Shown piece by piece: positions 42,301 to 54,300 of a stretch of 64,000 nucleotides of DNA. Position 1 is the stretch's first letter. Every line of letters starts with the position of its first letter. The stretch is from Stylophora pistillata (Eukaryota): assembly GCF_002571385.2 (NCBI RefSeq), contig NW_019217908.1:150924-214923 (forward strand). Direction: 5' to 3'. A model generated the notes under the pieces. That model worked only from the letters and a program-made list of their open reading frames with translations. It made no database searches and was not told the DNA's origin. A program made the position numbers and the translations under genes.

Positions 42301-45300
42301 TGCGTTTTGACTAATCAATTGTGACGAAACGAAACAGAAATTAAATACTCTCTGACAATAAAAAAAATTGTAAAAATAACAATAAAAAAAAAAAAAATTC
42401 ATTTATTCGGATTTACTGCACCAGAGTCACCTTACGACGGATCATATCCAGACTTCCGCTTAAGAGACTACGCGAACAACACACGATAACAAATTACACT
42501 AAATTGTAGGAGAATTGAAGAAATCTCAAAGTAGAATTAAAAATTGGCTTCATAAGCTTCCTCAGAGCTTTATATATATATCTATAGGACCTTCTTCAAA
42601 AACACGTTCCGCTCTTTCAATGATATAATGTAACTTTAAGGTCGACATGCAAAGTAGACGCGAGTACTGTATGCAAATTTTTGTTACGCTTTGATAGACC
42701 AGATGAAACCGTCTCAAAATTTTAATTTCGAGGCAACCGAATGTAAAGCTAGTTCAGTTTCGATGAAAATGAAATCCAAGGGTAGAACTGTAAAATTATT
42801 GTATTCATTACTGCTTACTATCGAAAGATCGAGCGAATAATTTTCATAGGGATCGTATTTGCATGATATCATGTTTTGGAACAAACAGCTTAAGGGCCAC
42901 CTGTAACCTGGGTAACCACCTGACGTCATAGATAACGCAATCCCTATAAATCTCACGCTTTCGTTTTCGAAAGCTGCAGAATGTACGAAATAAAAAATTG
43001 CGCTATCTTGACAGTATTCCCTCTGAAGTGTTTTCCTTTTCTTATTCCGGCATTTTCTCTTAAATTTGTTTAACCTCAAAAATGAAAAGTCAGGTTAAGC
43101 CCGAGAGCTAGAATGTCAGGGCTGCTGTAATTATTTGCTAACCAAATGATCATGAACAAACAAATATAAATTTCTCTCTGACGATGCAAATGACACTGAG
43201 GAAAGACTCTATTTTTTGGATGGCGTCGAAGCGACATTTCTCCGGTTTTCATTCTCTGGGTAGAATAGTCCGTGCTGAGACCTTCCATAAAGCTTGTTAC
43301 CATTCCTATAAGTACACTTCAAAGTTTACGCAGGTCAGAATTGGCAACAAAGTACCACGCAAGAACATATTTGAAATGCGAATTCGTTTGAATGTTTTGA
43401 CGGAGGTTCCTGGTTCGTTAATTTATCGCTCGAGAAATTACGACAGAACATTTGATTTGCTGAAAGCGTAATGTCAGAAGTTATAATTCTCGTCAAGGCT
43501 ATAGATCCCCTATTTTACCAAATTTATTGAACATGCTTGATGGTTTAAGCTAGCTTTAATTTCCAAATAGCGGCCGGTGTAATATTAAATGCGTTGAAAG
43601 ATTTTGATCTGACAACCAATGACTCCTCTCCAACCTGTAAAGAGCTTTCAACAGATAGTAAAACAGAGATGAGGTCTAGTGAGTGGACGAGGGGTGCTGA
43701 TTTCTAATGGGTAACCCTCGACCGTCCGGACCTCAGAAGTAGTGAGAATTATGAAGGTATTTATACGGTTCAATCTGTTCATCTAACCCTTGTGGTGCTC
43801 TACATGCATTAACGCAGGCGCAATTGAAATCAGAACCAATTAGGAAAAACTTAATTAACAATGCAAGGGACAGGGAGTTCAGAAGGTTGGTCATAGGAAG
43901 TTATGCATGGATGGATTTCTCTACCAAGTGAAGGTTACGCGAGAATGATATCTTCTTGTTTTTATGTTGTGCAAAAACACTTTCTAAATAAATGCAAGTG
44001 TCAAATAATAAATAAATAAATAACTTAGCAATGAACATTCCACTGGGTGGCTCTTCTTGGCCACTGTTTCCAGATCGAATTGGAATTTAGAACGTTGGTT
44101 TTATGCGGTGGGAGGAAAACCGGAGGACCCAGAGAAAAACCCTCGGAGCAAGGACGAGAACCAACAACAAACTCAACCCACATGTGACGCCAGGTCCGGG
44201 AATCGAACCCAGGCCACAGTGGTGGGAGGCGTGTGCTCTCACCACTGCGCCATCCCTGCTCCCCCAAAGGCAAGGGAATACTGGAAGGTCGAATTATGGG
44301 CTGCAACACTCAGCTACAGATTTCCTTCCACGCGATCATTGTCAAAAGATGTATACTATTGATATATTTGGAGTTTTCGCTTGCTAGCGGGGCTTCATAC
44401 CAGGTTATGTTTGTGACAATGATTGAAAGAAATGTTTGAACATAAACCTCGTCGCGTTTACTTTCTTCGAACCCAACCAAACAATAATGTCACAAAAGTA
44501 TTTCGCGAAAAGAAATGACATGGCAAATGTCCTCACAGTTAGCTAGAACTTTTTTTCACTCTTCTTTGAATGTCTTAGTTGTGTTCACATGAAGGAATAA
44601 GAATACCGCTGACAGGAAAACATACGACTGATTGAGGAACATTTATGATCCACTGCTATAGGTTGGAAATAAACATAAATACCTTTGAAGTCTCCCATTA
44701 GTAACCAAGCCTCAGATGCTTCAAGTGACACCACATTGCCGAGGTCTGGGTCAAAGACTACTTTCGCACCATTTTTTAACTCTCCTTGGACACCAGCACG
44801 CACGTCCAGGACCTTGCCAGCATCTTCACGGTCAAGTGGCCATTGATGATCACGATAAAAACCTGGAGTACAAAGGACAAAGTGGAACGTCCATTAAAAA
44901 CTCTTAGGGTCCATATGGCTGTTCGAGTAAGAGCTGTGAAACCTAAACAAAAGTTTATAAAATGGCTAGGAAAAAAAAAAGGTAAGAACACCAGCCTGAT
45001 GGACGTCGACGCGTAAAATGAGAGTGACAAAATGGTAACTGGTTTTAGTTTGTATTGTTTGAAAAGGGAATGCGAGAGTTATAAAAAAATCACATTGTGT
45101 AAAAAAGAAAAACCCTCCAACCGCTACCTGTTCGAGACGTTCAGTTTGTAAAACAGAGTGCGATAGTAAAATTAGGGGTACGATAGTAGTTGTGAATGGA
45201 AAAAGCAGGAGGCCTGTGCCGGGTCAGAAAAATGAGGGAGGTTTGGGTAATAGAGAATCTCTCCCACAACCTGTTCCAGATGTTCAGTTAGCAAAACAGA

Positions 45301-48300
45301 GTGCGATGGAAAAAATTAGAGGCACGATAGTAGTTGTGAATGGAAAAAGCGGGAGGTCTGGGCCAGGTCAGAAAAATGAGCAGAACAATGGCCTTGCACG
45401 TGCGTTGTAAATCTTTGTAAATTTCTTTGCGTCTTCTGCAAAGCAAAAGCGTGAAATGACCAAACTTTACGTTGTCTGGAGAACGTGAGCGACGCCGGCT
45501 AATTTTATTTATAATTTCATTCTAATTTAACGCTGTGTTCCATATTTAGGTTTGAGTTTTGCCAGTGAGAAACAAACTAAATGACTATAGAGTATCGCAA
45601 GATTCGCAAGTAAAAAATAAGGACAGGTCATTTTTTAAAGGACGTTGTCCACAGCGTCACCGTTGTCGTTTCTTAAACTCCCTTTTTAAATTTTAACATC
45701 GCGCTCCTTTTTATAAGCGGGAGGTTTTGGCCGGTCAACAAAATGAGGGAGGTTCGGTCGTAGTGCACTTAATTGCGTTCCTTGCACAGCCCAACCCAAA
45801 CCCTCCTTTTTTCTTTCAACCCGACCCCGTCCTCCCGCTTCTAACCCTCTGCCGTTACTGCAGTGTTTTTACTTTTAGCGTCGCCCTCTGTTTTATCAAC
45901 TGAAAGCCTGGGACAAGCTAATCTAAACCCTAATCAGATTCGACACTTACCTGAAAATTGCGCAATTTTTATCAAAATGAATTGAAGAAAAACGTATATT
46001 GCTCTTTTTCGTTAAAGAGAAAGTGCGCTAATGAATTGCTGCTAATAACTACAACCTGATTTACAGTGGTGCAATGAGACTCAACAAAATGTTGCCGACA
46101 TGTAGCGCAAAAAACTGAAGATACATGTGATATTTTCTCACAAGTTACCTCGCTAATAACTTCAGACAGCCAGAGTGACGAGAATTGACAACTTGTACAA
46201 AGTTAAAAGTACTACACTTACTTGTCTGGTTCACAAATTCGTACTTTAGTTCGCCATAAGCAGAATTCTTATCGTCTTGATCTTTATCTACAGCAGTCAC
46301 TTCACCAACAACTTTGCTGCTATCAACGTAAGAGCCCTGTAACAAGATGAAGTCTTCCATTAATTTCAAATTCATTCACGAAAAAATTGGTATGCACTAC
46401 GTCTCGATGACAAGTGCCGAATATCTCAAACTCACCTCTAACGCAATGAAGAAGAACTTGTTCTGAGTGAACATAGGAGTGTTGTCGTTAACGTTTTCAA
46501 GCTCCACGATAATTGTGGTATTCCTGGAAGTAATGATAAGTAAAACAACATTAACTGTACCCTGAAGCCATTGTGGTCATCTTGACTGAGATCACATTTC
46601 TCCATTACTTCTTAGGGAGAGTCAGAGAATTGGTAGTTCGTTGTTACTCTTTGTGATTAATGCGTAATCTTTTGAGCGTCTCAAGCTTCCCCCAATAAGA
46701 AAGTCATCCAATGGTTGTTTGCTAATTATTTTGTTTACAATTGTTGGCTTTTCTATGTCTCGGGTTGCTTGTAAAAAATGTTGAAGGACAAACATTAAGC
46801 GAGACTGACGTCATCTGGCGAATCAGATTAGCAACGAAAGGTTTTTTTTTTTTTTCTTACTCGTTGGGGAAAATTAGACATTTTACATCTTTGTAGAGAA
46901 CCAAGTTTGTTATTTAGGGCCACCTTGTGAAACACCAAAATACCGACCCCGATAGAGGAGGCATCCCTTTGTCTGTTGCTGTAAGGGTTAGTGTGTATGT
47001 GTTTGGTTTTTCATCATAATCAAACGGTTGGTAACTTGATATGACGCCACTGGAGCTGTCCACAGTAAACTGAGAAGGAACCTATCATTGGAAAAAAAAA
47101 AAGAAGTTATTGTCAAAAAAGAAAATTTTCACCCTTGTATAATTCATTCTTTGACTAAGATAAAGATTTTTGGCTGATGGATTAATTCTCTCCACAAAAC
47201 TAGAGGAGGATTTATTAAAAAGATACTCAAGAGGATGAAAATAAAAAAAAAAAAAATTGTGCAAGGCGNGTCCCACTGGACCATTTGTCAATCAACCGTC
47301 GTGTGATGTAGAACTGTTAGAGTCAAGTCAACTTGAGCTACAGCTACTCCAAAGCAGTGAACAACGGGCGCATTCCTCAAAATTGTTTTATGTCTTCATC
47401 ACAATACAAGAATTTTTGAGATTTGTATTTCCTTTCTCCAATGGAAACTGTCTTTATTTGTGGCGGTAAATTTGAGATCGAAGTCGGTGGTTCGCACGTT
47501 ACCTCGTGCCACCATGCTGGTGGAAGTAAACAATAGATATCTCATTAGCTCCTTTTGTTCGTCTACCAGCATTTGAATTTGACCCGCACACGTCAACGGT
47601 GAGTAACAAATGAGCCTAGGTCTTCCCAGGGAAGACTTCCTTATATAGCGCGCCTTCGTGTTTAAAAAACAACCCAGCCCTGTTAAGTGTTACATGACGT
47701 ACCAGATTCAAACTCCGGTGGACTGTCATTCACGTCAGACACGGTGAAGCTGACCTGTAATCAAGAGTGGAAAATGGGATGGTGGAATACTGCATTCAAA
47801 AACGAGTGCTTCGCTCACATTCTTTAGATAGAAACTTTGTCACTCTAAGCTGTAAATTCCTGTAATCGTAACTATGTCGTTTCTCCACACAAAACAAGGT
47901 CAACCAAAGCCTCACTCCTGTTCAAAGGTTTGCCAACTAATTATAAGCACTGACACAAATGTAAAATGACTCTTGCAATTTGTTTGTTGAGGATAAAAGA
48001 TTCCATATCACCCGATCAGGTTATAACAAGTTCCGAATGAGTTACGTTCGACATGTAAGTGAAAAACAAACACTCCCACACGCAGTGCTTCTTCGCGACC
48101 TTAGAGACTGTTCCAAACATCTTAGCGCACTCAAATGCCTATATAGATTATGGTAATCCCCACCTTTGTGGTGGAGTTAAATGAAATTTCTCCTCCGTCT
48201 TTAGCCATGATCTATAACACAAGAAAAAGAATACATGTTTTTTAAAGAGGTTACGAAGCAAACAGTTTCGTAAAGTTGAGTCCACGATCAAACGGCGAAA

Positions 48301-51300
48301 ATAGTTTGAAATCAAGAAAATGAACCAATACCGTAAGTAAGAAAGAACTCTCGTTCCTCGGTGGATCTCTGTCAATGGAACTCTTCACGTAAATTACACC
48401 ACTAAAGACATCAATGAAGAATCTCTCAAGGGTATTACCACTGACAATAGAGTACCTCAGAGCCATGTTTACATTATCATCGCGGTCTTGGGCGGAGAGT
48501 TTTAAGATGGCGGTACCAGTAGTGATGTTTTCATATATTTCAACGTGATACAAAGGACTGGCAAACAGTGGTCTGTGGTCATTTGTATTCTAAAGAAAAG
48601 AAATGCATTTTCCATGCAGTCATAAAGCTGACCATTATATAAACTGCGAGACATCGATGCGCGCTAAAATCTTGCACCTCTTGCGCTCGAACGACATCAA
48701 GACCAGTAAAAACTGTCGTTTTTCGGTTTTACGGAACGCTGAAAATGCAGTACCGGGTATTGTCCTTTGCTGAGTAACAAGGACTTCAAATTTTGTCCTT
48801 CACTTGAGCTCATTTTCGATATTCTTTCAAGGCGTCTTTTAGGACGATTTTACAACGCTTTAAGCCTTTCCTCACTTAAACTAGCTTTCACATTCCCCAC
48901 GCTATTCTCGCTATTCTTTGGTACAAAGAGAATTGTTGTGACTATCGGGAGCTTCTCACATTGATGATTGCCGGTTTCCTTTATTCTCATGGCCTGCACA
49001 TTTGATTTAAGGTTGATACTGTAAGTAGAAATTAAAAGGTAGACACCCTTGGGGGACAATGGGTCAAAACCGTTTGGTGACAATCGAAGAACACAAACGT
49101 CTTATCTTGATCTCTCTAATTTAACAACAGTATGGCAAAACAAATTATCGAGATGTAATCTTTATGGCTATGATTGCGTTGAACCCGACTATAGATAACC
49201 TAGCAAGAAGGAAGTAAGGGTAACGAAAGCCTTACCTCGACTACAACTTCAACCACCGTGGAATCGTCAAACACAACGCCATAACTGTTGTTACCATGGA
49301 GATCAGACACACGAATCAACAAGATATAGGAATCATGCTGTTCCCGGTCTAAGGGACCTGTAGTGGAAAGAGCACCGCTGACTGGATCGATGACGAAGCT
49401 GTTGTCAGAATCTCCAGATAGGATTGAATACAAAAACGCCGAGTTGATGCCAACATCTCGGTCTGTTGCCTGTATATAAAAGTCTCATTGGTTAGTTCAA
49501 TAACAAAACACGCACATGAAAATGTCAGAACTGACTGAAGATATGGGTCATTATGCTAAGAAAACCCTCACTATTGTTTGCTTTTCGAGGAAGGAAATTT
49601 TGCGAGCTGACAAAGATCTGTTAGAACCAGACTTAAAAAGTATATTTAATTTCTGTTATGTGTAGCATGTATAATTTCCTATCCTCGACGTAAGCAGAAA
49701 CGATGTACATAACAGCAAATTTTTTCGGCGCCAGGAGAAACTTTCGATCGTCTAGAGAATCTGGCGTTCCGCCCCGTTTACCACAGTTTGCTGCAATTCA
49801 CCTTGCTTCGATAATTATGTGAAAGCGATTTTACCATAGAAACAAGTCAAACAAGGCATGGGGATACCTCCTCAGTGCTTGCGTCCAGACGAGCGTGTAC
49901 GATTTTAAAAACCTTACAAAAATGACTGTTACCAAATGAACCGGCTAACTTATGACAAGGTAAGAATTTTACAATTGTTATTGCTTCAGTAGTTCAGAAA
50001 AATTAAGAAAGAAGATGATTAAGTTCTGATAAGTTCGAGTAAATTATTAGGCGGGCGCCGCCAGAATGCATGGTTAGCGAGATATTGTAGTTGGCCATCC
50101 TTTGGAATACACATATAGACACATGTATTTAAAAAAATCCAGTATATTGGTAGAGCTCAATGGGTACAGCGCTGCACTAGTATCGCAGAGGTCAGTGGTT
50201 CGAATCTACTGCGAGGATTGTGCATCATACGTATCTATAACCGCAGTTCAAAATATATGAACTTCATATATTCATCGTATCTGATTTAAAACCAGGTCAC
50301 CCAACATACCGTCAAATTCAAGATGACATGCGCTGGAAGTTGCTCTTTCACCGCTACAACGTAATGCCGCTTACTGAATACCGGACTGTGATCATTGACG
50401 TCAGAGACGTTTATCACAACATTAACTTCAGCCTGGAGATTGGAAAGACCTTTATCTTTGGCTAGAACCCGGATTTTATGTTGGTCAGCGGACTCGCGGT
50501 CTAATGCAGAGGTTGTCTTTATCTCGCCAGAAGAGTCGTCTATGGTAAATCTGGAAATTATTGAAGACAATGAAATGTAACTTTCGATCGAGCAATTTTT
50601 TTTTCAGATGAACCCAAAGTCGCCGTGAACCACTTAATAAACTAGTTACGACTAGTTACAACTGCTAAGCGAATAATGCTATTCAATGGGTTGGATGGAT
50701 TTATGTACCAAAACATGAATTCTTATTCTTGAATTAAGTTTCCTCTTCACGTTATTTCCAAATGCTTGACGGCAAAAACTTATCACTCACTGAAGTGCCT
50801 TCATTCTTTAAATAACTCACTTTAAATAATCTTCTACCGGCTTAAGACTGTAAATGACCTCTGCATTTATTCCCTCGTCGGTGTCTACAGCCTGTAAAAG
50901 TGACAAATTCAAGTATCAAAAGACAAGTTTAATATGGCCTTGGAACTGAATTCAGTGGAATATTCGAACAAGGATAACATACAAAGTACATTTTAAAATA
51001 GCGGACGTTATTTATCTGTTTTCTTAGTTTGTAGAAGTTAGAAAATCCTGTCTTCTACCTTTTGTGCAACGGCACAGTTTCAAAAACAAATTAAAGCAAT
51101 ACTACGTGTCTTAAAAAAAAAAATTGACTACGCACGCGGCGAGAGGAAACTGTAGATGACTTGAACGTTATGCGTTTAATAACGGACCAAACTGAAACCA
51201 TTATTCAACTTAGTTTGGGAATATGAACTTACCGTGACAATTCCAACAGTCAAACCAGCTTTTCCCTCGTCCACTGAAAAGTAATACCCCTCTGGTTCAG

Positions 51301-54300
51301 TGAATACCGGCGCGTTGTCATTGACATCCGTGATATGAACAACCAGACTCTTTGTTGTTGACTGTTAAGAAGGAATCAGGTTGTTACTCAAGGAACTTCT
51401 TGCCTGGGAGGGGTAGGGGCGGGTCTTTACCGAGTCATAGCTTGTTGCTTATTGATAACTTAACCATAAACCTTAGTCTTATCTCGTGTAGAAAATAATT
51501 TTTACTTGAGCTAATTTTTACTTGAATGGGATTATTTGTCTATTCTATCTCAAAGAAAACAACAACAACAACAATTGGCACGTATTTATAAAAGACACCA
51601 TTTCAGAAACATCATATTCGCCGCGCGTTTATCAAATAACGCATTACTTACTACCTCGAATTTGAAATGAAACACATGATCTTTTCTTTTTAGGTAAGAC
51701 TATAAATTTCCTATTTTTAAAACTTTCATATTTCGATACAGTACTATTTTTATGACAAAACTACATTAGAAGCTTGGAAAGAATCTCACGAAAAGTTCAC
51801 CTCAAAAGGTGCTTGGAGGCCTCAGATTTTAAGCATTTCATCTTCTAACAATGTTTGAGTTATTCCTATGTCGTCACTAACCTTTTTTCCCCCATCTTCG
51901 GCTGTGATTTGAAGAGAAAACTGGGCATTAGTTTCTCTATCCAGCTTTCGAAGAGTTGAGAGACTTCCGCTGAAATACAAAAATAGGAAAATTTTTCGGA
52001 ATGACTCGATGCTCGTCTTTGCGAAAACATAGGTTGAATCCCGAGTGCTGGTTAAGCATATCTCATAAAGATACACTTGAACACAATTGGAGAGTACTGA
52101 GAGGAAACGAAACGTCATTCACTCGTGGCAGCACATAACGCTCCGATAGATTGATCAAAAGGAATTTATCTCATATCAAATCTCTATGACAACAATTACA
52201 TTTAGTTAGAGACTATGTGGCCAAACCTAGCAACAAAACATGCAAAAATTAAGTATTTATTATCTCGCTATTCAAAAAATGTGCAGTTAAATTTAAAACG
52301 TATGATTTTAGCCATTTAAGTTCACAGTTCTCTTGATTAAGTGTCTTTCATACTTCTCACCCCTTCAGGGACTTGATCAGTCCGGACTGACTTGATCAGT
52401 CCGGACTGACTTGATCAGTCCGGACTGACTTGATCAGTCCGAAAAATTGGTTTGCTTGGATCTTTACATTATATTGCGACTGAAGAAACAAAGCATGAGT
52501 GGTTGGGTGAAAATTTACCACCGAGAAGCCTGTTTCACTGACGCTACAGACGTTTTTAACAGTTTTTGCTGAGATAATGAAAAAGTATTTCATATGAATT
52601 TTATGATGCTCTTACCTGTTGATATTCAAAGAGAAAGTATCGTTAGTATTCCCAGCGGAAATAGTGTAACTTACTACAGCGTTACCCCCTTCATCTGGAT
52701 CAGCGGCCTAACAAACAAAAACATTGTCAATACTGTTGACCATCGCGACTTTCGATCCTTATGGTGTTGCCGTTCGGAGGCAAATAATAGTAAAAGATTA
52801 AATCCGTATTTCATTTGTTTTCTGAGTCGCTAGTTATCTAAAGCCCTTCAAATTGATTGGCTCATGGATGTTTACACCAAGAAATGGTTATAGTCAGTGG
52901 GAAAAAGGTAAAAGTGTGTTTTTGAAGATCTCTGTTACTGTGTCGGTCCGCATTACCAGTCAGTCATTAAAAGGATTATCAATCAGCTCTATGTAACGTG
53001 ACTGCCTTAGACCAATCAGATTGTCACATCACTATCGACATCTGTGTCATCCGCACCTCCATAATCGTCATCGTCATTTTTCTTCTCATTTACTTCAACG
53101 TTATTATGGCAACGACAGCGTCAAGTGCTGTACTTGTTTTGGTAAAAATCCTTACCTGAACCCTGTATAAGACAGTGTTTATGGATGCCCCCTCGGACAC
53201 ACTTGTCTTGTTTGGTAACTTTGTAAATCTTGGATTGTTGTCGTTTTCATCACTTATGGTTACCTCAACCCGGCAGTCTCCGAATCTGAATAGCGAAAAA
53301 AATTCTTTCATAATTCAAACATGATCAGAATAAATTGAACTTGTCAGGTGAAACGTCAGAAAGACCGGCAGCTAAAAATTCAATCCTTTCTATAAACCAA
53401 GTGTTTTTACAGCCAAGAAACTGTAACTATGGGTTTTAAACAGGCATTTACATAAAAAAAATACAGGCATTCATTTCACTTCCAGCGTTAAAAAGAAAAC
53501 GTGTGTAGTCTGAACAACTTTAGGACGTCATCAGCTACCATGCGTTTTTCCCATATACCTTACTTGGACGTAAATTGTAAATTTTTGGCTTAAATTTTTA
53601 AGAGGACTTAAAAAAAGAGTCAGATCTGAGCAACTGCACACCTAACCCACCCCCCACCCCCCCCACTAGCCCCTCAACCCAACATTAACCTTCAACTTGT
53701 TATCAGTTGACTGTTGTTGTTGATCCAGGGAGGGAGGAGGTTTGTTATTTGAAGGATAATTTCTACCTTGCTTGTCCACTAATTGGCTGGTCTGTGGCGC
53801 GCGTGGTTAACTTGTAAAGTGCAAGGTGCTCACGGTCAAAACTAGCCGTCGAATAGATACTACCGTTTATGGGATCGATAGTAAAGAACTTATAATGGTC
53901 ATTAGCATCTGGAACAAAACTAAATCGGATCGTTCCACTTGGTCCCAAATCAGGGTCGGATGCAGTAATCTATGAATATAAAAAGAAATGTGAAAAACAT
54001 ATTTAATGCTAATTATATTTGCTCGGTATTTGATGTCATGTAAATTGCGTGACGAACTGCGTCCTTTCAGAATATCCACAGGAAGTGTAACATAACTTAG
54101 AGTAACATTCGTATAATGTGTGATTTACTGATATGTCTGTGATTTGAGTCATTTTTTCGCAGAGTTACATCCAAATTGTTATTAAAAATCTTGGGAAAGT
54201 TCAAAGCAAAATTTTCGCCCTTGGTCGAGGCAAAATGCTGCAACACCACCTTCTGCTGGTGGTCTAAAGGATTTAGGAAAATTCACTTTAAAATACGAGA

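Noticed and set aside
42714-43471. ORFs between the Y RNA genes (121, 75 and 95 aa)
   Set aside because: No recognisable domain or splice support; likely chance ORFs.
41448-43734. Hairpins as canonical intronic pre-miRNAs, SECIS or attC-like sites
   Set aside because: 5' ends coincide with PSE/TATA spacing and 3' ends with T4 terminators. The motifs match the Ro60 site. No SECIS UGAN/NGA quartet, and no integrase context.
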